A stretch of DNA of 44,227 nt from Octopus bimaculoides (lineage: Eukaryota), in NCBI RefSeq assembly GCF_001194135.2, contig NC_068997.1:35661525-35705751 (forward strand), read 5' to 3'. This document shows, one piece after another, positions 24,297-35,416 of the stretch. The position numbers and the translations under genes are program-made. Position 1 is the stretch's first letter, and each line of letters opens with the position of its first letter. The notes beneath the pieces are model-generated. The model ran no database searches. It saw only the letters and a program-made list of their open reading frames with translations, and was not told where the DNA came from.

Positions 24297-25640
24297 CGAG
24301 GGGGTACTCAAAAGTAATCGAAAACGTTCTCTGTGAGGTAAGCCAGTTGTAGCTCAGATTTTCACTGCTAGAAACCACTTGATGTGATCCACAGGTATCA
24401 GTCTGCCAAATGGTAGCACCAGCTGGAGTTGTACTGCCGCATGATGCATCTTTGTTTTGCGGTGCCTCTCCCTGATTTGTCGATTTTTGCAATGGCTGAA
24501 AGGAAGGAACAGTATGCTTCTGTGAAATTCTGTTTTCTGCGGGGAAAATGGCAGCCAAAACAATTGTCATGCTTCAGACAGTTTACAAGGACACTGCCAT
24601 GAACAAAACACAAGTTTATGAGTGGTTTTCACACTTTAAGAATGGTCAATTGTTGCTTGAAGACCAACCTTGTTCAGGGCAATCATCAATCTCCTGAACA
24701 AATGAGAATATCATGGAAATTCATGAACTGATCTTGGAGGACCATTGCCAAACAGTTGATGAACTTGTTGACATGACTGGTATGTCCTGGAGCTCTTGCC
24801 AATAGATTCTGAGTGAGAAATTGCAATGAAAAGAATTGCAGCAAAATTTGTGCCTTGCTTGCTCACAGAAGATCAAAAGCAGTCACAACTGAATGCATGT
24901 TGTGAAATGAAATAATAGTTGGAAGTTGATCTAGACATTTTTCAAAAGTCATCACTGATGATGAAAACTGGTGCTATGGCTATGACCCGGAAACGAAACA
25001 GCAATGAAATCAATGGAAGCATTCAATGTCACCACACCCCACAAAACAAGTGTCAAGTGAAAACAATGCTGATTTGTTTCATTGATACAAAAGAAATTGT
25101 CTACACAGAATGTGTTCCTCCTGGTCAAACTGTTAACCAAACATTTTACTTGGAAGTTCTTAAGTGTTTGTGAAATGCGGTGAGACAAAAATGCCTCAAC
25201 CTATGACAAAGTGGAGAGTGGTGGTTTCATCATGACAATGTACCTTCACACACCGCCTTAAGCATGAGACAGTTTTTCACCCAAAATGGCATGACCCCCC
25301 CNNNNNNNNNNNNNNNNNNNNNNNNNNNNNNNNNNNNNNNNNNNNNNCCCCCCCATTCACCAAGTCTTGCTCACTGCAACTTTTTTTTGTTCCGTAAATG
25401 AAAAAAGTCCTTGAAGGAAAATGTTTTACAGATATGGAAGAGATGAAGAAAAAAACAGAGGCATTAAGAAACATCACCTTGCAAGAGTTCCAGGACTGCT
25501 CTGAACAGTGGAAAATGTATCTGGACTTACGCATTGCTTCAAATAAACAATACTTTGAAGGTGATAAAAGTGTAAGCATGTAAAAGTAAGTGAACAAAAC
25601 AATATTGCAAAGTTCTGGTTTCTTTTGAGTACCCACCTCA
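24297..25640 (+). mobile_element. Full-length degenerate mariner element
   Basis: TIRs cgagggggtactcaaaag and cttttgagtacccacctca, flanked by TA on both sides. Transposase remnants VYEWF..FKNG, AKFVPCLL, DENWCYGYDPETKQQ and FHHDN. Confidence 0.92.
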
Positions 25641-27004
25641 TAAGTCAGTCCAGCCACCACAGGTTCACATGGAATAGCTGTACCCTCAGAGTACTTGTTC
25701 AGGAGTTCTTCGTCTAATCTCATGTTATTATCTTCACTGTTGAGAATACACATTTTATACTCCCTTCTGTCTTTATTGTTCAGTACGCATTGTCTAAGTG
25801 ACATGAAGTGGCACTCAAAGGCCATTTGGACTGATTTTATGCCTCTACTTCTATTTTTCCATTTAACATAGATCCTATCAGTGTCACTGCTGATATGTAA
25901 GTCAGCAGTCATTGTTATTATCTTCCTACTCTTGATGATCAAGTTGTAGATTTCTTCAAGTGTCAAGTCTACTATCCCAAATGCTGGCACTGCAAAAACA
26001 TTGTGGGATATAGTTTTATTGAATGCAGACAGCTCTGATTTCCATATCTTCTGAAGTCTGTTGCAGTATTTTGACGCACTAGCTTTATTCACAGTACCAA
26101 CATATGCAATACTGTCATCAATTCCAAGGTATTCATAACATTCATCACTGGTTACCAGGAAGCTACATAGGCCATTGATATTCATATTCCTTGCCTGGTC
26201 AAATTCTTTTTTCATTTGACCATCAAATATGAACACTTGTCTTGACCAAACTCCATTCCTATATCCAGTGAGAATCTTGTGACCAGGTGTGGGTGAAGTT
26301 AATTTTTCTTTTATCTACAGATCCTATAATGTAGCCTTTGTATTTTCTTAACAGGACTGACAAAAAGGTTCATCACTTGGATTAAAATCATAACAGATAA
26401 GCCATTAACCTGAAATATTACTATAGAGGCAGCCTTACTTCTGAACAGTTCTCTAGACAATGTTGCTGTTGTTAATCTCTTAAAGATAATGGAACCTTAG
26501 TAAGGCATAGTGACTCTATAATCCATAAGTAAAAAACTGAGTCAAATGCCTTCTTTTAGTCTAGCCATATAATCAGCAGGTTTCAACAGTGCTGTTTCAT
26601 TTCCTTAAGGAAGCGAAATGGTCAGGACAAGTGTTCATATATGGTAGTCAACTGAGGAAATATTTGGTGATGAAGAGTTGTTTAGCACAGTCCCAAACTC
26701 CTTTCTTTTCTCCTACCTGTTCTTCAGTCACTGCACTGTGTGCTATGCAGTGACCCTGTAAGAATGCATTCATGCAATAGTGTATAACTAATACATTACA
26801 TTCAAGCATGCTATGAGCCTGTAGTATTTGGTTACATGCGTCTCCTGGTTTTTAGCTACTGGTATTGTACATGTAACTGCTAACCAGTCCAGTATGTCAA
26901 TCTTGGCAGCATTCATTGTTCTTTTGAACAGGTTAATGAGGATTGGCCTGTAGAATATGAGTTGTTATACCTATAATCAACTATCAAGTCTCTCCCAAAT
27001 GATA

Positions 27005-27995
27005 ACCTGTTCAGCAGTTTTGCAATGACCATTAGGAGAGTTTCTCTATTGGTAATATAACGGTGGGTTGCCAATTTATATGGTGATTATTCTCCTGGGT
27101 AGAATTCAGAATCCATGTCGGTTGGTCGCCAGTTTATAGCGGCGTGGGTATTGAGAAGAATGATGAGTGGCAATTTATAACAGTGGAAAATTACCTATAA
27201 CAATTAGATAATTTAATCTGTTTATAATGTGTTCGACTTGAAAATATAATGAATATAAATATTTCTTTAGTAGGAATCTGTGGTGATAAATCTGTCACTT
27301 ATAACTTAATTATAAGTATTTTATCACCATACATAAATTCTAGCTCAGACTACATAAACGCTGTGGTGAGTTATGTACACCANNNNNNNNNNTATTTTAT
27401 CACCATACATAAATTCTAGCTCAGACTACATAAACGCTGTGGTGAGTTATGTACACCAGGACGCTGAACGTGCATGTATGTTGAATATAAATAAGCTCAC
27501 TCTTTTTCACTGCTATAATAACAGTTTGAATAGTTACAGAAAATTAATTTCATCAACAGGTTGAAGAAATGAAGATAAAGAAATCATTTACTAAATTAAT
27601 TTATTTACGTACATTTCATATTTACAGTACATTTTTATAAGCCAAAAGAAGACTGTTGTAGAGAGTTACGATATAAAAATTGTATGGTTAATGTTTACAT
27701 GTATTATCTAATTCTTTTGTAACTAAGCTACAAAGAGTTTTAAACAACAATTGAAAATAGCCTTGTTGAATTAGACAAAAGACTTGGCATCATAATAACC
27801 AAATCTTAGGAAAGTGAGTGTCGTGGAATCAAGTGACAACCAACAAATCAGGATTTTTATAACTGCTGATATCTGAATTCTGAGAACCGTATTTCACGAA
27901 AGATTTCTCTTTGACAAAAGTTAGAATTCAAATATGGGCAGGAATTTTAAGCAATAGGAAACTAATAACTTTACCTATTTGATCAACCTGACCAT
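27005..27995 (+). repeat. Unclassified AT-rich interspersed repeat, copy 3, inserted in the R4-like element
   Basis: Shares blocks with 6170-7620 and interrupts the R4 RT reading. Confidence 0.6.
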
Positions 27996-28611
27996 GACAT
28001 CATATCACCACTGATAAAGGTTTATTAAGACTTGCTACAGTAATATAAGTTTTAGGAGAGATGTTTGTACAGTACTCCTTCTGTAGCTCATTTAACCACC
28101 TTACATCAAGGTTGTGTTTGTTTATTTGCCAGATGCCACCCCAAAATGACTCTAGGCCATCCAGGGGAGGTACTTTCACAACCTTGATGGCATGGTTTTT
28201 CTGTACTGCAATACACTGCTGGTGAGTTTCCAGCAAACTTGTGACTGATGGCTTCTCATTTCAATAGGTGTTTTTTGTAATGAAATGTTCACTTACTGCT
28301 CACAATTCATGTTTAAGAGAAATTACCTTGCCTCCTGTCAACAGTTTCCATAGACTTTAGATAATTTATAAAGTTGCAGCTGGTGGTTTGTGAATTTATG
28401 ATTCAATTTGAACTAAATGATAGTGTCTAGCTGTTCAATACTCTTGCTGAGTCTGTCAATGTGTAACTGGAGATAAGTAATCCATTTTAGTTGTTTCTTG
28501 TCAATCTCCACTACTCCTGTATGTTGGCAAATGATAACCACAGCACAGTATAGCAAAACATTAAATACATTATTTACATTTGACAGATATTTGTCCTCAT
28601 CTTGTTTGTTG

Positions 28612-28787
28612 CTAACACGTTAAGGCTGATATAACCTCCAGCCTTCATAAGGTGTCTGGGGGAAATTTCAAACCTGGGTTCCCATTCCTAAGGTATTTTT
28701 TGATATTATTATTCAGGTCACTGCCTGGAATTGAACTCGAAATCTTGGGGTTAGTAGCATGTGCTCTTAACCATTATGCCATATGCC
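28612..28787 (-). ncRNA. tRNA-like A/B-box module (28716-28787) followed by a decayed hammerhead-like motif (28612-28657) in the Penelope 3' pLTR
   Basis: Minus strand ggcatatggcataatggttaagagc..ctactaa..gagttcaattccaggcagtgacc, then gacac-CTTATGA-a-ggctg..cagcc-ttaacg-tgtt. Confidence 0.5.
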
Positions 28788-29265
28788 CGTGGGCAATTAT
28801 GGAGTGAATTTTAGAACTTATAAATCTAATATTTTCCTATCCTTCCTTAATACCAGTTCCCATATGCTATTCATATCTGCACTTGGTCTGCTTAGGAGGT
28901 TGTTGTGTCCTAACATATGTGCTGCTTCTTTTAGTTTTCATCTTTTCCAGTGGTGTTCTCCATCTATAATTTTAACTTCATCCCACAGGAGGAGGTGGTC
29001 TCCATTTTTCCATTCATGATCAGCTATACCCGATTTATCAATATCTCCTTGTGTCACAGCTTTGCGATGTTCGTTTACCCTTATTTTGAAGGGGTGACAT
29101 GTTTTGCCTTTGTATAACCTACCACAGCTGCATGGGATGGAGTACATGCAGTCTTTGGTCATATTCTCTTCTATTGGTGGTTTTACTCGAAGGAGATATT
29201 TGCGAAGTGTTATATTACTCTTGAATACTGTCCTGATGTCATATGGGCTGCATATCTTTTGTATC

Positions 29266-30289
29266 TGTGGCGTATGCCTTAAGGGATGCTTCTCTCTCTC
29301 TCTCTGTTATATATACATGGATACAGATGTAGTGGATAACAGCTAGCCTTCGGCCGCACTTTTAGACCGTTGTGTCCACCACTCTGATTGGTTGGTATTG
29401 TCTCGCATTTTGTCTCTTGTTCTATTGCACACCAAGATGCAACCCAACCAATCGCAGCCTTCAGATAAGGTCGCATGAGACAGTCTTTTCTGAACGCCAG
29501 TTGAACCGAAAGAATGATATAAATAGCTAGCCTCTCACCGTCACAGTTTGTTAGTCTTGTCAGCTCTAGACCTTCTGAGGTCTAGCCACTGACCACAGAG
29601 AACACAGCCAGTTCCAGCGACGACAACAACAGCCACATGGAGACTCAACACTCAACCAGCAGCTTACGGCAAACTCCATCTATGTCACCTCCAGCTTCTT
29701 AGCGTCATCATCAACTTCTCAACGTACACATCACCAACAGCACTCGTACAGCTTCTCTCAACACTGTTTGTGAATTACTTCACCATGGTTAACAGCGAAT
29801 ACAACCTGCGAGAATTCCTGTACCAAGTAACCGGCAGCAGCATTGAAGCCACAACCTTTCACAACATGTGCCTTTCCCCAGCTCTGCTACACGGCCTCAA
29901 CTTCTTGTTACAGTACTTCAACCACAGTGTACCTTGGATACGAACTGGTATTTTATCATCCTTATGTCTGGACTTTCTTCTAACATCCTTATAGACTCTT
30001 TTCTATGCTCTGTACTTATCGCACATGCATACATCGATGTTTGTATAAACATACACTTTGTTTACATGACGGCCTGTCTATTATTATGTTTATGTCGAAC
30101 TCACACACACAGACATACATGTTGACATATCAATAAAACCTTCTCTTAAACCTTTTACTGGTTGTGTCTCTCTTTTCCTTTTGGCACTTATACTCATTTA
30201 TCCTCTTTTCATATTTTTATTTGTATCAACCGTGCGATGTACTAAAGGAGCCATTCCTTGTCACCTCTCCTGATTGCATGGTCATTACA
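29266..30289 (+). mobile_element. Solo LTR (1024 bp) inserted in the Penelope ORF, related to the miniature-element LTRs
   Basis: TG..CA ends and TSD TATC at 29262-65 and 30290-93. Removing it restores the Penelope reading across the junction. Shares blocks (tataaatagc, cagccagttccagcgac, tttgtttacatgacggcctgtct, aaaggagcc) with 22831-23804. Confidence 0.82.
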
Positions 30290-32214
30290 TATCTTTTCAA
30301 AGAGGCCTTTCACATAGGGTAGACAAACTGTGGACAGTTTATTGGTTTCATCCTCTCTTTTCTTCATAATTGGAGTGGATAGTATGTTTTTAGGGCAGTT
30401 GTTACTTAATAGACTGTTACTTAGCTTGATCATTTCTTCGTGGTGGGTATCATGATCACTACTTATATTCGTTGCTCAATGTTTTGGGCACTGAGCAATC
30501 CCTCTCTTTACACTGTATGGATGGTGGGAATTGAAATTGAGGTATCGTTTAGTGAAGGTTGGTTTGTGGTATACGGATGTCCTGAATCCATACTTGGTGC
30601 GTGTTATTGATATGTCCAGAAATGTTAGCTGATTGTCTTTTACCTTTTCCATTGTGAATTGTATGGATGGCTTTACTGAGTTCACATGATCTAACAGCAC
30701 TTGGACATCTTCCTGGTAGGGCCAGAGTATAACGGTGTCATCAACATATTGCAGCCATAGGGATGGTTTTAGTGGTGCTGATCCTAAAGCCAAATTCTCA
30801 AAGTATTCTATGCATATATTGGCTATTATTGGTGATAATGGCGAACCCATAGCTAAACTGTCTTCTTGTTTATTTATATCAGTGCCCATACTGAAGTAGG
30901 TAGTTTCTACACAGAAGGTCAACATTTCCATCAAGTTTCTTATTGGTATACTAGTGCGTTCTTTTAGATGGGTGTCTATCAATAGTTTTTCTTGAATCAC
31001 CAATAGTGCTTCACCAGTTGGGACACATCTAGACTCCCCACCTGGTTGGATTCAATGGGGGTATCCTTGATCAATTCTGTGAAGTAGGTGGAATGTTGAC
31101 TTCCCTGCTAATGGACTGTTTATGTCCACAAGGAAGCGGCTCAGTGGATGACATGCTGAACCTCTACAGCTCACTATAGGTCTTAATGGAATACCATCCT
31201 AGTGAATCTTAGGGAGACCGTACATGTGTGGTAGTTTACTGTAGTGTTGAGTCAGTTGTCTGTACTTCATTGGTGTAAAGTGATCCTTGTTCTTGATCAA
31301 GATCTGACAACTTCCTCTCTGTTTTCAGAATTGGGTCTTTCTTTTCTTTGCTGTAGCTACCATCACTTATAAGACTTGCCAATTTTTCAGAGTAGTCAGA
31401 CTTGTTCATCACCACTGTAGCATTTCCCTTGTCTGCTGGAAGTATTATGATGGAACTGTCACTTTGTAGTCTTTTGATAGCGAACTTTTCTTCCTTAGTG
31501 ATGTTTGGTTTGGGAAGTTTCACTTTTTCTAGTACCTTATCACCTTAATTCATCTCCCTGAGCTTCTGGTAGCTTTATGGCTATCTCTTCAATAGGGGCT
31601 ATTATGTCCAAGTATGGAATGCGCTTGTTGGTTGTCGCAAAGTTGAGACCTTTGTTTAGTACTGCTTCTTCAGAGCTTTTAGATGTCGGCTACTTACATT
31701 AATTACTGCTTTCACAGGTGGGTGATGGATTTCAGTCTTCATTCTCTGACCTTTGAGCTTCATAAACTTCTTCACCATTTCAAATTCTTTCATGTAAGAC
31801 TTTTCTAGATCTTGTTGGATTCTCTTTCTATCATCATCTCTGGTAACTTTCCTAAGTAATGAAGATAACCTCCCTTTGATTTCGTTATTCAGTTGACGTT
31901 TTTTCTAATGGTTGTAAGGATCCTCTCACAGACGAGGCCATGTCCTGCCCTATCTGCTACTCTTCTAGCTTTATATGAATCCACTGGTGCCATTATATTC
32001 AAGTCGGGTGGTACTAGCTTTGAGTCTCTACATCTACACAGGAAAGTTAGATGGTTTGAAAGACAAGCTAGTTTTTGATGGAGTTTCTCTATGTCTCCAT
32101 TTAGTCTAATGTCGGTTGTATACCAATTAGATAATACAGTTCCATATTTAAGAGATGAGGAATTATGTACATTATTTACATTTGACAGATATTTGTCCTC
32201 ATCTTGTTTGTTGC

Positions 32215-32262
32215 TAACACAATGTTTCGGCTGATATACCCTCCAGCCTTCATAAGGTGTCT
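32215..32262 (-). ncRNA. Minimal type I hammerhead-ribozyme-like motif (core variant CUUAUGA) in the Penelope 5' pLTR
   Basis: GACAC-CTTATGA-A-GGCTG(gagggtatat)CAGCC-GAAA-CA-TT-GTGTT. Stems I and II pair; the conserved G5 is replaced by U. Confidence 0.55.
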
Positions 32263-32324
32263 TGGGGAAATTTCAAACCTGGGTTCTCATTCCTGAAGTA
32301 TTTTTGGATGATATGATTAATATT

Positions 32325-34064
32325 AGTCCTCCAGGCAATAACACAAGAATTCAAGCCGGGATGCCCCTGGGAGCTCCTCTATGCTGATGACCTTGCCCTA
32401 ATTGCTGTGTCACTATCAGAACTAGAGGAGAAGTTTCAGATGTGGAAGCAAGGACTAAAATTGAAGGGCCTTAGAGTCAACCTAGCTAAAACCAAAGTCC
32501 TAATAAGTAGGAAGGTAGACAAAACACAAACCCCTTCAGGTAGATGGCCCTGCTCGATCTGTAGAAAAGGCATAGGTAGAAACTCCATAAGATGTACCCA
32601 GTGTAAGCTATGGACACATAAGAGGTGCAGCAATATCAAAGGAAGGCTAACTAGCAAGATAGTTTTTGTATGTGGCAGATGCTCAGGGGCAATAAACACT
32701 GAAAATGTGCAGAAAACAACTTCTGTCACATTCCAGGGAGGAAAACTAGACATAGTTGATAGCTTCCGCTATCTGGGTGACCAAGTTAGTAGTGGGGGAG
32801 GGTGCACTGAAAGTGTAGCTACTAGAATAAGAATAGCCTTGGCAAAGTTCAGAGAGCTCTTACCTCTGCTGGCGACAAAGGGCCTCTCACTCAGAATAAA
32901 AGGCAGACTCTATGATGCACGTGTACGAACAGCCATGCTACACGGCAGTGAAACAAGGGCAGTGACTGCTGAGGAGATGCGTAAGCTCACAAGAAACCAC
33001 CCCAGTATGCTCCGATGGATGTGTAATGTCAGTGTGCATACTCAACAGAGTGTAAGTACCATGAGAGAAAAGTTAGATCTAAGAAGCATCAGTTGTGGTG
33101 TGCAAGAGAGACGATTGCGCTGGTATGGACATGTGGCAAGAATAGATGAGGATAGCTGTGTGAAAAAGTGCCACACCCTAGCAGTTGAGGGAACCTGTGG
33201 AAGAGGTAGACCCAGGAAGACCTGAGATGAGGTGGTGAAGCATGACCTCTGAAATTTAGGCCTCACCAAGGCAATAACCAGTGACTGGGACCTTTGGAAA
33301 TATGCAGTACATGAGAAAACCTGGCAAGGCAAGTGAGAACATAATCTGTGACCTCTGCCAGAAGTGTAGCCAGCTCACTTATTCGTATCTTTACTTCATT
33401 GGACACTAAACACTCTGCTTGCAAAGACCTGTTGAGGCAAGTGAATTTGGAATTTGAAATTTGAAATCTGAAATCGAACCAAATCTGACGACTGGCACCC
33501 ATGCCGACCTCTCTTCCATTGGACACCAAACTCTGCTTGCGAAGACCTGTTGGGGCAAGTGAAATTGAAATCGTAATTGAACCATACTCGATGACTGGCA
33601 CCTGCGCCAGTAGAGCACAAACAGCGCTGTCTGAGCATGTTCATTGCCAGAGCAGCTGTCTGGCTACCGTGCTAGTGGCCTGTAAATAGCACGATTTGAG
33701 CGTAATCATTACCATCGTTGCCCCCCCCACCAATAACTTGTGCTGGAGGCACGTTAGAAAATTATTCAAACGAGATCGTTGCCAGTGTCGCTGGACTGGC
33801 TCCCGTGCTGGTGACACCTAAAAAACACCTTTTTGAGCGTTGTCGTTGCCAGTACCGCCTGACTGGCCCTTGTGCCGGTGGCACGTAAAAGCACCCACCC
33901 CACTACACTCTCGGAGTGGTTGGCGTTAGGAAGGGCATCCAGCTGTAGAAACTCTGCCAGATCAGATTGGAGTCTGGTGCAGCCTTCTGGCTTGCCAGTC
34001 CTCAGTCAAATCGTCCAGCCCATGCTAGCATGGAAAGCGGATGTTAAACGATGATGATGATGAT
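32325..34064 (+). mobile_element. 5'-truncated RTE-clade LINE inserted in the Penelope 5' pLTR
   Basis: LLYADD is followed by ORF 32407-33225 (PHD-like finger, YLGDQ, CGRGRPRK), the 3' UTR and a (GAT)n tail at about 34050-34064. pLTR sequence resumes immediately afterwards. Confidence 0.93.
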
Positions 34065-34285
34065 GTCTGCCTGGAATCGAACTTGGAATCTTGGGGTTAG
34101 TAGCCGTGCTCTTAAATATTGATAAATCGGGTATAGCTGATCATGTATGGAAAAATGGAGACCACCTCCCCGTGGGATGAAGTTAAAATAATAGATAGAG
34201 AACACCACCAGAAAATACGAAAACGCCACTGCCACCGCTGAAAAATACCTTAGGAATGAGAATCCAGATTTGAAATTTCACCAAG

Positions 34286-34333
34286 AACACCATATGAAAG
34301 CTGGAGGGTATATCAGCTGAAACGTAGTGTTAG
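34286..34333 (+). ncRNA. Hammerhead-like motif in the inverted Penelope terminal segment
   Basis: AACAC-CATATGA-A-AGCTG(gagggtatat)CAGCT-GAAA-CG-TA-GTGTT. Confidence 0.45.
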
Positions 34334-35055
34334 CAACAAACAAGATGAGGACAAATATCCATCAAATGTAAATAATGTACATAATTCCTCATCTCTTAAA
34401 TATAGAACTGTAAAACATTAAATGTCCAAAAGTTGGGATTCTTAATTTCTGCTAACTGTTCTTTAGCTATTTCATCCATCATACCTTATTGTTGGTTGGT
34501 TTTCTATCAATTTGTGTGGGTAACTGTTTATTAATGTAGATGGTGTAGTTTTGTTTGAATTTTGTTTTTAATGTTCTTTCAGTTATTTGTATTCTTTACT
34601 CATTATTATTGTTTGTTCATAATCAGTTACTGTTTGCTTGTGTGATGACAGTAACTTTGTCTCTGTTTTACATATACATATATGGTTCACACTGTTTATA
34701 ACTTTCCACTAGTCTACAGGTCTTTGCTGTATGATTTTGATAATCTGTTGAGGTAGCAGCAAATCTTTTATCAAGGAAGACTGCCTCTTATGAGTTCTTT
34801 GGCACTGAAGTTTGAGGAGTGGGGTATTTTAGATCTCAGTAATTCTTCATCTTTTACATGCAATCTATCAAAAGGTCTTCCCTAACCTTTTTACAGAATT
34901 GCTAAACATCTTGGTTCAATTCAAAGGACCACTGGAATTTCTTGATAGCCCCATGACCTACAATAGCTAACCCAATTCTTCTGTTTAGCCATAGTACATA
35001 CAGTAGTAATCCCACGTGTTGTGTTCAGTTAAATTTCTCCACTTGATTACTATAA

Positions 35056-35385
35056 TCTATATATATAAAAATGAGAATGTGTGTCTGTCTGTCTGTCTGT
35101 GTGAATCCCTAAAACTCGAGAACTACGCAACCAATTTCATTCAAATTTTACACATGCCTTACTTAGGGTTCCAGTTGTGTTTTAGTCAAAAAAAATTATT
35201 AACTTCTTGCAGAGTTCGAGCACACGGCAACATAATATCTCCTCCACTATTTAAGTATTACGTGTCAAAAGTGAAACAAAAACACTCATGTCAAATACTT
35301 TCACTTTAAAAATGAAACTATTCCACTAACTGAAACAATCACATTTCGATACTGTAGTGACAGATACTTTCACAGAGAGAGAAAG

Positions 35386-35416
<31 letters not shown>

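Larger units (their letters stand above)
28567..34411 (-). mobile_element. Penelope-like element: 3' pLTR about 28567-28800, RT and GIY-YIG ORF about 28830-32140, 5' pLTR 32130-32320 plus 34066-34115, inverted segment 34116-34411
   Basis: Reads NHLTFLCRCRDSKLVP, ILPADKGNATVVM, GIPLRPIVS, AMGSPLSPIIANI, QYVDD, FLDI..YHKPT and, for GIY-YIG, CMYSIPCSCGRLYKG..RVNEH..IADH. The block is flanked by AAAACATTAAAT at 28555-66 and 34412-23. Confidence 0.9.
25643..35055 (-). mobile_element. R4/Dong-like non-LTR retrotransposon, degenerate; host of nested insertions (native segments about 25643-27005, 27995-28566, 34412-35055)
   Basis: Minus strand reads GRDLIV..YRLIACLNVMY..EEQVGEKKGVWDCAKQL..IIWLD*KKAFDSV, EFGQDKC, YEYLGI..KIWKSELSAFNK, and FWGGIWQ..RWLNELQKEYC. 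FWTFNVL (34.4 kb) joins LYCAVV (28.55 kb) across the Penelope TSD. The rightmost segment is the least certain. Confidence 0.78.

Noticed and set aside
26690-26710. Apparent 5' truncation point of the R4-like element coinciding with the end of the duplicated 147 bp
   Set aside because: RT homology continues past 26700 (EEQVGEKKGVW, YRLIACLN), so this is not an element end.
27317-27458. Exact 66-bp tandem duplication
   Set aside because: The two copies sit on either side of a 10-N gap, which is typical of unmerged contig overlap and so an assembly artefact.
28716-28787. Possible tRNA gene
   Set aside because: The acceptor and anticodon stems pair poorly and it is embedded in a Penelope pLTR. 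It is tRNA-derived, not a functional tRNA.
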